Source of the DNA: an uncultured Clostridia bacterium
Lineage (GTDB): Bacteria > Bacillota > Clostridia > TANB77 > CAG-508
Assembly: GCA_947631185.1 (NCBI GenBank)
Contig: CANRKJ010000006.1
Location: forward strand, 3,198-67,197
DNA length: 64,000 bases
Direction of reading: 5' to 3'
Shown here piece by piece: positions 52,876 through 64,000 of the stretch. Made by a program: the position numbers and the translations under genes. The notes under the pieces were generated by a model. The model did not search any database, was not told the origin of the DNA, and saw nothing but the letters and a program-made list of their open reading frames with translations. How positions within the stretch are numbered: the first letter of the stretch is position 1; every line of letters begins with the position of its first letter.

Positions 52876-54123
52876 ATGAAAACTATTGTGATTGGTGGAG
52901 GACCTGCAGGAATGATGTCTGCAATTACTTCTAGCCAAAGTGGTAATGAAACAATATTAATTGAAAAAAATAATTCGCTTGGAAAGAAACTTTTAATAAC
53001 TGGGAAAGGTAGATGTAATATAACTTCCTCATTAAATATTGAAGATTTTATATCAAATATACCTGGAAACGGAAAGTTTTTATATAGTGCATTTCAAAAT
53101 TATACAAATAAAGATATTATAAATATGTTAAAGCAAAACGGTTTATCTGTAAAAAATGAAAGAGGAAATAGAATATTTCCAATTACAGATAGAGCTATAG
53201 ATGTATTAAATTGTTTTATAAAAGAAATTAAAAAGAATAAAGTACAGGTAATGACAAATTGTATAGTAAAAAAAATTTTAAAATCTAATGACAGAGTTTT
53301 AGGAGTTGAATTGGATAATGGTAAGATTATTAATGCTGATAAAATAATATTAGCAACAGGTGGAAAATCATATCCTATAACAGGTTCAGATGGTAATGGA
53401 TACAAATTGGCTCAGGAATTAGGACATACTATTACAGAATTAAAGCCATCAATAGTACCACTATTATCTGATAAATATATTTGCAGTTCAATGCAGGGAT
53501 TATCACTTAAAAATGTAAAAATAACAATTATAGATGAAGAAAAAAATAAAAAAATATATGATGACTTCGGAGAAATGTTGTTTACACATTTTGGTGTAAG
53601 TGGGCCAATAATTTTAAGTAGTTCAGCTCATTTAGTTAGATATAAAAATATAGACGAATTATTTAAACAAAATAAAATAAAACTAATTATAGATTTTAAA
53701 CCTGCACTTTCTATAGAAGAATTAGATTCTAGGATTTTAAGAGATTGGGATCAATTAAAAAATAAGGAATTCAAAAATAGTTTAGATAAATTGTTACCAA
53801 AAAAGGCTATTAGTACAATAATAGACCTTTCCAATATTCCTAGTAATAAAAAAGTAAATGAAATTACAAAAGAAGAAAGAAGATTTTTAACAAAGGTAAT
53901 AAAAGAATTTACTATAGATATAAAAGGCTTTAGACCAATACAAGAGGCAATAGTTACATCTGGTGGAATTTCTATAAAAGAAATAAATCCTAAAACTATG
54001 GAATCAAAATTAGTAAAAGGATTATATTTTGCTGGAGAAATAATAGATGTAGATGCATATACAGGAGGATTTAATTTACAAATAGCATATTCTACAGGTT
54101 ATACAGCTGGAATATCAGTTTAA
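52876..54123 (+). CDS. HI0933/YhiN-family flavoprotein
   Basis: GGGPAG, GKGRCN, TGGFNLQ. Confidence 0.92.
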   Translation: MKTIVIGGGPAGMMSAITSSQSGNETILIEKNNSLGKKLLITGKGRCNITSSLNIEDFISNIPGNGKFLYSAFQNYTNKDIINMLKQNGLSVKNERGNRIFPITDRAIDVLNCFIKEIKKNKVQVMTNCIVKKILKSNDRVLGVELDNGKIINADKIILATGGKSYPITGSDGNGYKLAQELGHTITELKPSIVPLLSDKYICSSMQGLSLKNVKITIIDEEKNKKIYDDFGEMLFTHFGVSGPIILSSSAHLVRYKNIDELFKQNKIKLIIDFKPALSIEELDSRILRDWDQLKNKEFKNSLDKLLPKKAISTIIDLSNIPSNKKVNEITKEERRFLTKVIKEFTIDIKGFRPIQEAIVTSGGISIKEINPKTMESKLVKGLYFAGEIIDVDAYTGGFNLQIAYSTGYTAGISV

Positions 54124-54147
54124 AAGTCAAAATAGAGAGGTAATAAA

Positions 54148-54792
54148 ATGTTTAAAACAATTTCTAGAAATACTACAGTAGAGCTAGTGGAAAAGAAGTC
54201 TAAATTTATAACTAATTTATTGTATGTAGAGAGCAAAGAAGAGGCAGAAAATTATATAAATGAAATAAGAAAAAAATATCATGATGCTAGACACAATTGT
54301 TATGCTTATAGTATTTTTTCAGATGATAATATTATTAATAAATTTAGTGATGATGGGGAGCCATCTGGTACAGCAGGAGCTCCAATGCTTAATGTTATAA
54401 ATTCAAACGGTATTACAAATGTATTGGCAATTGTTACAAGATATTTTGGAGGTATATTACTTGGAACTGGTGGATTAGTAAGAGCATATTCTGAATCTGT
54501 AATGCAAGCTATACAAAACAGTGAAATTATCAATAAAGATTATGGCATAGAGGTAGACTTTTTTGTTGAATATTCAGAATTAGAAAAAATAAAATATTAT
54601 TTTAAACAAAATAATATAAGAATTATAAATATAACATATGAAGAAAAAATAAAAATAAAAGTTGAAACTACAGAAGAAGAGTTGAAGAAAATCGAAGAGA
54701 AAAAAAATGAATTAAATTTTAAATTCTTAGAGTATATTATATGTTGTAAAAAAATTATAACGTATTCAGAAGAACATAAAATAATTTATTAA
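54148..54792 (+). CDS. yigZ: YigZ/IMPACT family protein
   Basis: KKSKF, SDDGEPSGTAG, RYFGGILLG. Confidence 0.92.
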   Translation: MFKTISRNTTVELVEKKSKFITNLLYVESKEEAENYINEIRKKYHDARHNCYAYSIFSDDNIINKFSDDGEPSGTAGAPMLNVINSNGITNVLAIVTRYFGGILLGTGGLVRAYSESVMQAIQNSEIINKDYGIEVDFFVEYSELEKIKYYFKQNNIRIINITYEEKIKIKVETTEEELKKIEEKKNELNFKFLEYIICCKKIITYSEEHKIIY

Positions 54793-54918
54793 ATATTTTT
54801 TGTTGTTAGCAAATTTTTAAATTGACAATTATCGACTAAATTTTTTAAAATTATTATTCTTTATAACTAATAAAAAACTATAAAAATATTATTATAATAT
54901 TTTAAATAAAAAGTTCAA

Positions 54919-54935
54919 AGTCGAAAAATGTCGAA
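54919..54935 (+). promoter_or_regulatory. Tandem Spo0A boxes upstream of spo0A
   Basis: AGTCGAA and TGTCGAA (consensus TGNCGAA). Confidence 0.7.
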
Positions 54936-55039
54936 AATTGCGATGAGTTTGTGTTGCATAATGAATTTTAGAAATATATAATCTTATTCGTAAGAAAAAT
55001 AGCTTACAACAAAAGATAATATTTAGGAGGGATACTGTT

Positions 55040-55843
55040 TTGAAAGAAAAAATTAAAATTTTAATTGCTGATGATAATTTCGATTTTGCATCAACAATAG
55101 CTACTTACATAGAAATGCAGGAAGATATGGAAGTTTTAGCAATAGCTATTGATGGACAAGAAGCTTTTGAGAAAATTCAAGAGTTAAAGCCAGATGTTGT
55201 TTTGATGGATATGATAATGCCTCATGTAGATGGAATAGGTGTATTAGAAAAATTAAATAGTATAGGAGAAATGCCGATTTGCATAATGATTTCTGCTGTG
55301 GGACAAGATGATATAACTGCTAGAGCTATTGAATTAGGTGCAAAATATTATATGGTAAAACCATTTGACTTAGATTTAGCAATGAAAAGGATAAGAAGTT
55401 TAGTAAAGCCTAAATTAACAGTAATAAATTCCAATGTAAGAGAAATAAAACCATCATATATATCATTAGATAATTCTGTAAATAAAGAAAATAATATAGA
55501 AGCTAGAGTTACAAATATAATTCATGAAGTAGGTGTGCCAGCTCATATCAAAGGGTATCAGTATTTAAGAGATGGAATTATGATGGCAATAGAAAATGTC
55601 GAAGTTATAAATCAAATAACAAAGAGTTTATACCCAGATTTAGCTAAGAAATATCATACTACTCCTAGTAGAGTAGAAAGAGCAATTAGACATGCAATTG
55701 AAGTTGCATGGAATAGAGGAAGACTTGATGCGATTGAAAGAATTTTTGGTTATACAATTAATGCAAATAAAGGAAAACCTACAAATTCAGAGTTTATCGC
55801 AATGATAGCAGATAAATTAAGATTGGAAATGAAAAGTGCTTGA
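55040..55843 (+). CDS. spo0A: Sporulation master regulator Spo0A
   Basis: Receiver domain plus [30 protein letters not shown]. Confidence 0.97.
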   Translation: MKEKIKILIADDNFDFASTIATYIEMQEDMEVLAIAIDGQEAFEKIQELKPDVVLMDMIMPHVDGIGVLEKLNSIGEMPICIMISAVGQDDITARAIELGAKYYMVKPFDLDLAMKRIRSLVKPKLTVINSNVREIKPSYISLDNSVNKENNIEARVTNIIHEVGVPAHIKGYQYLRDGIMMAIENVEVINQITKSLYPDLAKKYHTTPSRVERAIRHAIEVAWNRGRLDAIERIFGYTINANKGKPTNSEFIAMIADKLRLEMKSA

Positions 55844-56033
55844 AAAATATAAATGGTTTTTTTAGAGTAATGATATGACAGTTATGATAATCCATACTGA
55901 ATGCTACGAACTCTATAAAAATCATGATAGATAAAGCAAAAATTAGTATACATTGAAATTAAATAATGCTATAAAATTTAATGGTAAAAAAACTCCATAT
56001 GTTTAAATATATGGAGTTTTTTATTGGTATTTG

Positions 56034-56274
56034 AATCCCCCCTGTTATACAGGGGGGCTAGAAAGCTTCTAGCTATGAGTAAAAAATTCTCCCTAATATG
56101 ATATAATAAATGTGGTAGCCAACCGCAAATATTATAAATAAGGGGGAAGGTGAAGACATTAATAGCTTAGCACATAGCACATGGAATTGCAAATATCACA
56201 TAGTGTTTGCACCAAAGTATAGAAGAATGGAAATATATGGAGAGATAAAAGTAGATATTGGGAAGATTATAAGA
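56034..56274 (+). mobile_element. IS200/IS605 remnant (end hairpin plus truncated tnpA)
   Basis: cccccctgt-tat-acagggggg hairpin; SLAHSTWNCKYHIVFAPKYRR fragment. Confidence 0.85.
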
Positions 56275-56818
56275 TATTTCAAAAGAAACAGGATTTGTTT
56301 CACTTTTTTTGACTTAATATTACAGCAATTGTACAATTTCATTACATTTTAATTATTTTTGTAACAATTTGCACTAAAAATACTATTTGTGATAGAATTA
56401 GGTTGTATAAATGAAGATACTATATATTTTGGAAGAGAATCCGAATGAATGAAGAATTTTTTATAAACCAAAGGCCAAAATGCTTGAAGAAAAATCTAAT
56501 GTAATTGGTGATGCTGAACTTTTGCTTAATGAACAAAAAGAAAATTTAGAAAGCGATGATTTACTTAATAAAACAGAAAAAGAAGAAATTGGATTAAATG
56601 ATTTTATATATACAGAAACTGAAAAAAATATTTTTTAGAGTTTATAACAATATAAAAAGTGGAATTGTTAAAATGGAAGACTTAATGCTAGAAGATTTAA
56701 TAAAAGTTCAATTAATGATGCAAAGCTAATCAAACATTCTTGATAAAAAGATTAGTATTACTGAAGAAGAAATAAAACACATAAATAATGAAATCTATTA
56801 AAAAGGAGAATTAATTAA

Positions 56819-58345
56819 ATGGAAAATCGATATAATGAAATGGACACTTTTCTAAAAGAATTAATGAAAAGTGCAATGGATGGAGAAAAAGTTGGAGATA
56901 GAGAAGTATATGATAAACTTAAAACATTTGGAATGAGTAAAGAAGATTATACAATTACAGAAGAAGATATAGAAAGTAGTACTATGAAGGATACCAAAAT
57001 AGGCGATGATAAATGGTTTGCAAAAATGGGGATTATTTCAGCTTGCAGAAGGAATAATACAAGATTTGTATCATGGTTACCTGAAGAGGCTAAAAAAGGA
57101 ATTAACGAAGATACAAGTCAACCACTTATTCCTTCAACACAGTATTTTTCAAGGAATATAGAAGTGCCATATTTTCGTAAATTTCTTCATAGAGGAGTTA
57201 TAGAGTATTCTTATGAATTTACAAGAATAAATTGGGGAAAATTTCCAATTAAATTATATATACCAATAGGGAAAAAAGATTCATTAAATTTTATTATGAA
57301 TCTAATTTATTTCATTGAAGATTCAGATATATGGCATCAATCAAAATTGGCTTCAGATATAAGAACAGATGACATGGTAATAAGAGTCTATACTCAAGAG
57401 GATGCAAAAAAAATTATAGACTTTGTAAATAAAAATAAAGGACAGACATTATTAGAAACAAATCCATTTTTGATGAGAAATGGAAAGGTAGGACTTTCAG
57501 TGGATGGAAAACAATCATTTAATCGTTCTACTGCTTATTTGATTGCAGATTATATAGAAGAATGTAAAAATAATGGAAAGCAAGAAGAAATCGGATTAGA
57601 AGATTTTAGAAATTATTTGCAAGAAAGATATAATAAGATATACGAAAAAGGAGAGGATATAGATACTATTTTAAATTATTATCATAGAGCTAGTAATGAA
57701 AGACAGATATTAGACATGAAGGTTATAATGGAAGCACTATTAATGTCAACAGATCCTGAAAAGGATGCTAGTGACTTTTTGGAATATTGGAATTCAATAT
57801 ATGGAATTGAAAAAAATAAAGAATTTAAAGCTATAATAAAACAAATGCTATATAAGGATAATAAAGATGCTTTTACAGGCTTCCCAGAATTACCAAAAGA
57901 TTCTACAAAAGCAATTGATGAAAATAGAGAATTTAAAGAAAGATATGCAATGCTCGAAGAAGGAAGAAGAATTCAAAGAGAAAAAGTGGCTGAAGAATAT
58001 CGTAAAAGTGAAGCTGTAAGAATTGAACAGGAAAAGGCGGGAGAAGCTGAGGAAAAGAGAAAAAGAGAAGAAGAGATTAGGACTAGAATTGAAAAAGAAG
58101 GTGAGAGGAAAAAAGCAGTAGAAAAAGCACACCAAAAAGAACTTGAATGTCGCAGAAATGATCCTAATTATCAAAAAAGATTTGAATATTTTAAAGAATT
58201 ACGAAATCTTGCAACAGAAAAAGGCGATACGGTTATGACAAATAACTTAAATAGATTATTGAGAGTTGTTGGAATAGAAAGTGACGAAGAACAAAAAAAG
58301 AGCAACGAAGAACAAAAAAGGAACAACGAAGATGATGAAAGATAG
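56819..58345 (+). CDS. Hypothetical protein with possible HopA1/lyase-like domain and charged coiled coil
   Basis: KLYIP...SKL..RTDDMVIRV pattern; EK-rich C-terminus. Confidence 0.6.
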   Translation: MENRYNEMDTFLKELMKSAMDGEKVGDREVYDKLKTFGMSKEDYTITEEDIESSTMKDTKIGDDKWFAKMGIISACRRNNTRFVSWLPEEAKKGINEDTSQPLIPSTQYFSRNIEVPYFRKFLHRGVIEYSYEFTRINWGKFPIKLYIPIGKKDSLNFIMNLIYFIEDSDIWHQSKLASDIRTDDMVIRVYTQEDAKKIIDFVNKNKGQTLLETNPFLMRNGKVGLSVDGKQSFNRSTAYLIADYIEECKNNGKQEEIGLEDFRNYLQERYNKIYEKGEDIDTILNYYHRASNERQILDMKVIMEALLMSTDPEKDASDFLEYWNSIYGIEKNKEFKAIIKQMLYKDNKDAFTGFPELPKDSTKAIDENREFKERYAMLEEGRRIQREKVAEEYRKSEAVRIEQEKAGEAEEKRKREEEIRTRIEKEGERKKAVEKAHQKELECRRNDPNYQKRFEYFKELRNLATEKGDTVMTNNLNRLLRVVGIESDEEQKKSNEEQKRNNEDDER

Positions 58346-58549
58346 AAAATTTTGTTATTTTATAAAATTGTTAACAAAATCTGTACAAAAACCGACATTT
58401 ACTTTTTCTTAAAAACTAATATAATTATATTATCCAATTTTTAAAGCATTACGTACAATTTTATAAAAAGTTTGAAAAAAAAATACTTACATGTTATAAT
58501 GATTTTGTAATAACTATTACTTAAGAAAAATATATTAAGAGGTTTTAGA

Positions 58550-59419
58550 ATGCATAAAATAATAAAAAAGATTGAAAAAATTTTTAATGGAATGAATGAA
58601 AAAAATCAATCTGTTTTTTTACTTTCAGTTATAATTATTTGTGTAATTTTAGTTTGTATAGGTGTGGCTATAGAAGTTTATATAAGTAACAAAAATGAGA
58701 ATTCAATTGAGGCAAAGGTGGGAATAGGTAATACAAAATCATTTAAAGAGTATGAAAGTATAAAAAACAATTTTAATGAGTTGTTTACTAATGAATTAAA
58801 ATGCGATCAAGATATATCTATTAATAAGACTAATCCTGATAAAGATATTGTATATTCTGGATATGATTTATTTAGTAAAAATGAAGATTATTATTCTGTA
58901 ATTGCAAAGATACCTATAGTAAACATAGATAATCCTAAAATAGCAGAAATAAATCAAAAAATACGTGTAGATTTTTATGATAAAGCTGATTCTATTATGA
59001 AACAAAAAGACAAATATATAGATTATAATGTATCATACTGTGCTTTTTTGAATCAGAATATTTTGTCAATTGCAATAAAAGCATCATATAAAGAAGTTGA
59101 TAAAAATGAAAAAATCATGTTAAAAACATATAATTATGATATAGATAAATTAGAAAGTGTATCTCTTGATACAATTATGGCATTAAAAAAAATAACCAAA
59201 AGCAAAGTGCAAAATACAATAGATTCTTCTATTAAAGTAGCATATAATTATGCAAAAGAATACACAGAAAATTATTACAAAAGAAAATTGAATAGTAAAA
59301 TATATAAAGTAAAAAATACAGAAAATTATTTTTATACGAATGAAGGAAATTTATATATAGTTTATTCTTATGGAAATACAGATGATTCTAATGAAGTAGA
59401 TGTAATATTATTTGACTAA
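58550..59419 (+). CDS. Membrane-anchored protein (PdaC/RsiV-like ectodomain)
   Basis: TM helix; KIPIVNI, ILSIAI, TYNYDI, FYTNEGNLYIVY. Confidence 0.6.
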   Translation: MHKIIKKIEKIFNGMNEKNQSVFLLSVIIICVILVCIGVAIEVYISNKNENSIEAKVGIGNTKSFKEYESIKNNFNELFTNELKCDQDISINKTNPDKDIVYSGYDLFSKNEDYYSVIAKIPIVNIDNPKIAEINQKIRVDFYDKADSIMKQKDKYIDYNVSYCAFLNQNILSIAIKASYKEVDKNEKIMLKTYNYDIDKLESVSLDTIMALKKITKSKVQNTIDSSIKVAYNYAKEYTENYYKRKLNSKIYKVKNTENYFYTNEGNLYIVYSYGNTDDSNEVDVILFD

Positions 59420-59433
59420 TATATGTTGAAAGG

Positions 59434-60669
59434 ATGATTTGTTTGATGAAAAAAATAACTCTATTAATCACTTTTTTACTAATGATAAATTTTTTTCTAG
59501 GAGTTACATATGCTGACGAAGAAAATCCTGGTGTAGAAACTACTGATACTAATGTTGAATCTCAAGTACCAACTGAAGAAAAACAAGATGAATATTTTGA
59601 AGTAAAAGCTAAAGTATTGGAGGCTTCTGAACCTAAAAAAATAGAAAATGGTTCTATGGAAGATACTGTTCAAGAAGTAAAAGTAGAAATTTTAGAAGGA
59701 GAATATGATACACAAGAATTTACTACGAATTATATTTTATCATATGATATAGAAGGCAGAATATTGGCGTATGAATTAAAGCCAGGGGATAAAGTATGGG
59801 TTCAATTAATTAAAAAGCCAGATGGTAAAGCTACTATAGAAATAGAAAATACTATTAGACAAAATTATATTTATTTTATGCTTATTTTATTTTTGCTTAG
59901 TATAATTTTAGTTGGTGGTAAAAGGGGAATAAAAGCTATTATAGGGCTTATAATTACAGTTTTAGCTGTATACTTTATTTTAATAAAAGGAATACTTGCA
60001 GGGTATAATCCAATAATGATGTCTATATTTACATCTTTAGTTATTATAGTATTAACTTTTATTATAATAGGTGGGGGAATAAACAAAAAAATATTTACAG
60101 CTGCCACTGGAACTTTTGGTGGAGTAGTAGTAGCTGGAATCGTAGCATCTATATTTAGTTATTTACTAAAATTATCAGGTGCAGGAGAAGATGCAATACA
60201 ACTTAGTATAAGTTCTACAAATTTAAATTTTAATTTTAGAGATCTAATTTTTGCAGGAATTGTTATATCTGCATTAGGAGCATGTATGGATGTTGGTATG
60301 TCTATTTCTTCAAGTTTAGATGAAATTAGATTAAAAACCAAAGACATGGATTGGCTAGATTTATTTAAAAGCGGAATGAATATAGGTAAAGATATAATTG
60401 GAACAATGGCTAATACTTTAATTCTGGCTTATGTTGGAGGAGCTTTGACATTGGTATTATTGTTTATTTCATGTAATTTTTCTTTTGTTCAAATTTTAAA
60501 TAAAGAAACTATTGCTCAAGAAGTAATTTCAGCTATAGCTGGTAGTATGGGAGTAGTATATACAGTTCCTATAACAGCATTTGTATATAGTTTTTTAAAT
60601 AAAAATAAAACGATTTATAAAACAGTATCAGATAATAAAGTTGAAGGAAATAGAAGTTTAAAAATATAA
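59434..60669 (+). CDS. YibE/F family membrane protein
   Basis: LGACMDVGMSI, GMNIGKDIIGTMANTLILAY. Confidence 0.9.
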   Translation: MICLMKKITLLITFLLMINFFLGVTYADEENPGVETTDTNVESQVPTEEKQDEYFEVKAKVLEASEPKKIENGSMEDTVQEVKVEILEGEYDTQEFTTNYILSYDIEGRILAYELKPGDKVWVQLIKKPDGKATIEIENTIRQNYIYFMLILFLLSIILVGGKRGIKAIIGLIITVLAVYFILIKGILAGYNPIMMSIFTSLVIIVLTFIIIGGGINKKIFTAATGTFGGVVVAGIVASIFSYLLKLSGAGEDAIQLSISSTNLNFNFRDLIFAGIVISALGACMDVGMSISSSLDEIRLKTKDMDWLDLFKSGMNIGKDIIGTMANTLILAYVGGALTLVLLFISCNFSFVQILNKETIAQEVISAIAGSMGVVYTVPITAFVYSFLNKNKTIYKTVSDNKVEGNRSLKI

Positions 60670-60746
60670 AGCATTTTTATTGGAAACAAATGAGGAATTT
60701 GCAATCAAATTGCAAATTCCTCATTTGTTATATAATTTACTAATTT

Positions 60747-62066
60747 TTATCTAAAGAAATCAAATATACTGCCATCTTCAAAATCTTGTTGTTCGTTTTG
60801 AGCTGGAACATCAGAATTTGAATTATTAGATTCTGAATTAGAAGGTGTTTCTTCTAATTTTACTTTTATTTCTTTATTTTCATTTTTTCTAACTATAGTA
60901 AGTGTAACTTCATCTCCAACATCATGTTGATTTTTTACTTTATTTAATTCTGTAACAGATTTTACTTCTGTACCATCAATTTTTGTTACTATATCTCCTT
61001 TTTCTATACCAGCTTTTTCAGCAGGAGAATCTTTTTCTATTTCATGTACGTAAACTCCATCAGGAAGATCGTATTGTTCTCTTACTACTTCAGAAACATA
61101 ATCTGAAACTGCATATCCTGATATACCAATATATGGTCTCTTTACTTCACCAAATTCTGTTAATTGACTGATTACTTTTGTAGTAGAATTTATAGGAATA
61201 GCAAATCCCATTCCTTCTATACCAGTTCCTGAAAGTTTTAATGTATTTATACCGATTACTTGACCTTTACTATTAACTAAGGCTCCACCACTATTTCCAG
61301 AATTTATTGCTGCATCTGTTTGAATAGCAGTATATGTTGTGCCTTCATCTGGTATTTCTCTATTTACAGCACTAACAATTCCACAAGTAACAGAACTATC
61401 CATTCCAAGAGGATTTCCTATTGCCATAACAAATTCTCCAACCAATAAATCATCAGAATTTCCTAATTCTGCAGCAGGTAAATCAGTTTTATCTATTTTT
61501 AAAACAGCTAAATCTGAATATTGATCAGATCCAACTACTGTTGCTTTATAACTTTCTGTATCGTTGTATAAATTAACAGTTATATCTGTTGCTTCTGTTA
61601 TTTGATAGTATGAAGATGTACTCTCACTAGATATAACGTGATTATTTGTAACTATATATCCATCATTACTTATAATTATACCTGAACCAGTAGCTTCTCC
61701 AGTGGATTTACCAAATATAGAGTTTATAGAATATGTTACTTTAATTCCAACAACAGATGGTAGAACTTCTTGTGCAACAGCTACAGCTGTATCTGAATAA
61801 TCTGATAAATCTATTAAAGTATTAGTATAAGTAGATTTTGTTTGATTTGATGCAACACTAGATGTAGGAGTACTACTAAAATTAAAAATTTTATTTTTTA
61901 TTTTAGGAACTCCAAAACATGTTCCAATTACTAATGTTGCTCCTAGAATTCCTGAGACAAAAGGAACTAAAACTGTTTTTCCAAAACCTCTAGAATTTTT
62001 AACTGGTTTAGCTTTTTTAAAATTATTATTTGTTGAATAGTTAAAATCATCTTCACTATTACTCAT
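60747..62066 (-). CDS. htrA: HtrA-like serine protease with PDZ domain
   Basis: TNNHV, DLAV, GNSGG, C-terminal PDZ. Confidence 0.92.
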   Translation of the reverse strand: MSNSEDDFNYSTNNNFKKAKPVKNSRGFGKTVLVPFVSGILGATLVIGTCFGVPKIKNKIFNFSSTPTSSVASNQTKSTYTNTLIDLSDYSDTAVAVAQEVLPSVVGIKVTYSINSIFGKSTGEATGSGIIISNDGYIVTNNHVISSESTSSYYQITEATDITVNLYNDTESYKATVVGSDQYSDLAVLKIDKTDLPAAELGNSDDLLVGEFVMAIGNPLGMDSSVTCGIVSAVNREIPDEGTTYTAIQTDAAINSGNSGGALVNSKGQVIGINTLKLSGTGIEGMGFAIPINSTTKVISQLTEFGEVKRPYIGISGYAVSDYVSEVVREQYDLPDGVYVHEIEKDSPAEKAGIEKGDIVTKIDGTEVKSVTELNKVKNQHDVGDEVTLTIVRKNENKEIKVKLEETPSNSESNNSNSDVPAQNEQQDFEDGSIFDFFR

Positions 62067-62264
62067 ATATATTCCCCCTTTGTACATTTTAAGTACCTAT
62101 AACATATTATAACTAAAAAAATTTTTTATACAATACAAATCATAAATAAATTTGATTTAAATATTGAAAATTTTTTTCTATAAATATATAATACATTTGA
62201 AAAATTAAAAATAACTTAAAATAAAAAAATTTTTATTCTAATTTAAACAAGAAGGTATTAAAAA

Positions 62265-62900
62265 TTGAAAGACAAAGAAATAGAGAGATTAAACTTATTA
62301 AAAGAAGATGAGTTAAAATTATATGAGAATTCAAAAATAAAATATATATGTGGAATAGATGAAGCTGGAAGAGGCCCGCTAGCTGGACCTGTTGTAGTTG
62401 GAGCAGTTATATTACCAAAAGATTCTTTTATTGAAGGAGTTAATGATTCAAAAAAAGTTTCAGAAAAGAAAAGAGAAAAAATTTTTGAGCTAATTAAAAA
62501 TGAGGCATTAAGTTACAGTGTAGGTATAGTTGATCAAAAAGAAATAGATGAAATTAATATATTAAATGCTACTAAACATGCAGTTACGATTGCTATAGAA
62601 AATTTAAAAATAAAGCCAGATTTGATATTAGTTGATGCTTTAACAAATATAGATACTAAAGGAGTTCCATATAAATCAATAATAAAAGGTGATGCCAAAG
62701 AATATAGTATAGCTGCAGCATCAATTATAGCTAAAGTAACAAGAGATAGAATGATGAAAGAGTGGGACGAAATTTTTCCACAGTATGGTTTTGCTAAGCA
62801 TAAAGGATATGGAACTTCTGCACATATCTCAGCACTTAAAGAATATGGACCATGTTTATTACATAGAAAAACTTTTATAAAAAATTTTGTAAATAAATAG
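62265..62900 (+). CDS. rnhB: Ribonuclease HII
   Basis: GIDEAGRGPLAGPV, DSKK, AAASIIAKV. Confidence 0.96.
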   Translation: MKDKEIERLNLLKEDELKLYENSKIKYICGIDEAGRGPLAGPVVVGAVILPKDSFIEGVNDSKKVSEKKREKIFELIKNEALSYSVGIVDQKEIDEINILNATKHAVTIAIENLKIKPDLILVDALTNIDTKGVPYKSIIKGDAKEYSIAAASIIAKVTRDRMMKEWDEIFPQYGFAKHKGYGTSAHISALKEYGPCLLHRKTFIKNFVNK

Positions 62901-62925
62901 TATGTTGTACAAAGGAAGGATATTA

Positions 62926-64000
62926 ATGATGGATATTAGAAATATTATTAACAAAAAAAGAAATAAAGCTGAACTTACAGATGATGAGATAAGATATTTT
63001 ATTCAAAAATATAATAGAGGCGAGGTTTTAGAATCACAAGCTGGTGCTTTACTTAGTTATATATATTTAAATGGTTTAACTGATAGAGAAATATTAAGTT
63101 TAACATTAGCTATGGCTAATTCTGGTGATAAATTAGATTTATCAGAAATATCAGATAATATTATAGATAAACATAGTACTGGAGGAATAGGTGATAAAGT
63201 TACTCTTATATTAATGCCACTTATTGCTGCATTAGGATTACCTGTTGCAAAGATATCTAGTAGGGGGTTGGGTATTTCTGGAGGAACTATAGATAAATTA
63301 GAATCAATACCTGGATTTAATACAGAAATATCTCTAGAAGAATTTGAAGAAAATATTAGAGATGTAGGAGTAAGTATAATAAATCAAACATTTAATTTGG
63401 CTCCAGCAGAACAAAAAATGTATAAACTAAGAAATTTAGTATCTTGTGCAGATAGTCTTCCTTTAGTTGCAGCAAGTCTTATGAGTATAAAACTGGCATC
63501 TGGAAGTAATAAAATAGCATTTGATATTACTTGTGGTAGTGGAACATATATAAAAACAAAAGAAGAAGCAAAAAAACTTGGAAAAATGCTTGTTAAATTA
63601 GGAAATCAATTAGGCAAAAAGGTTGGATATGTTATATCTTTAATGGATGAACCTTTAGGACATTCAATAGGACATGTATTAGAAGTAAAAGAAACAATTC
63701 AATGTTTAAGGGGAAAAATGCCTCAAGATATTGGTGAAGTTGTAGTTGCTTTGGGAAGTGTAATTCTTGAACTTTCTGGAAGAAGAAAAAATATAGATGA
63801 AAATAGTAAAATAATAATAGATACTATAAATAGCGGAAAAGCTTTACTAAAATTTAAAGAGATGGTTGCAAGTCAAGGTGGAAGTATAAAATATATTGAG
63901 CAACCAGAAGAATTTTCAAAAGCAAAATATATAGTACCAGTTTATGCTACAGAATCTGGAAATATAGAAAAAATAGATGCTGATATTGTAGGAAGTATAG
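62926..64000 (+). CDS. pdp: Pyrimidine-nucleoside phosphorylase (3' truncated by the window)
   Basis: MDIRNIINKKR, DKHSTGGIGDKV, SGGTIDKLESIPGF; not in the ORF track. Confidence 0.9.
   Translation, partial: MMDIRNIINKKRNKAELTDDEIRYFIQKYNRGEVLESQAGALLSYIYLNGLTDREILSLTLAMANSGDKLDLSEISDNIIDKHSTGGIGDKVTLILMPLIAALGLPVAKISSRGLGISGGTIDKLESIPGFNTEISLEEFEENIRDVGVSIINQTFNLAPAEQKMYKLRNLVSCADSLPLVAASLMSIKLASGSNKIAFDITCGSGTYIKTKEEAKKLGKMLVKLGNQLGKKVGYVISLMDEPLGHSIGHVLEVKETIQCLRGKMPQDIGEVVVALGSVILELSGRRKNIDENSKIIIDTINSGKALLKFKEMVASQGGSIKYIEQPEEFSKAKYIVPVYATESGNIEKIDADIVGSI

Noticed and set aside
55852-55925. CRISPR-repeat-like TTTTAGAGTA...GATAAT after spo0A
   Set aside because: Only a short match; better explained as one arm of a local hairpin
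58284-58332. 21-bp tandem repeat at the end of the 508-aa gene
   Set aside because: Low-complexity coding duplication (EEQKK/R)
61378-61388. Short spacer matches (spacer 1 in htrA; spacer 2 near 1913-1924)
   Set aside because: 10-12 bp matches are expected by chance

Overview
Very AT-rich chromosome segment from a spore-forming Clostridia-like Firmicute (spo0A present). 1-10144 is the right part of an integrative element: a half hsdS, a decayed DUF262 gene, an AAA+/vWA-HAD-phosphoesterase-Schlafen cluster split by a dead IS6, and a tnpV pseudogene. 10130-32202 is a second, related ~22 kb integrative mobilizable element, bounded by tRNA-fMet att repeats. It carries int/xis, a phage-like rep module, a serine recombinase, MobV, HEPN-MNT, an invertible type I R-M locus, Fic and Abi genes. 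32.9-42.0 kb is an oddly built type II CRISPR-Cas9 locus: two arrays share a duplicated leader, the anti-repeat RNA is atypical, and the main array ends in a nexus-like trailer facing an antisense promoter. 42.2-64 kb is mostly housekeeping (ppaC, rdgB, ABC pair, spo0A, htrA, rnhB, pdp). All calls come from motif reading by eye; no database searches were run.
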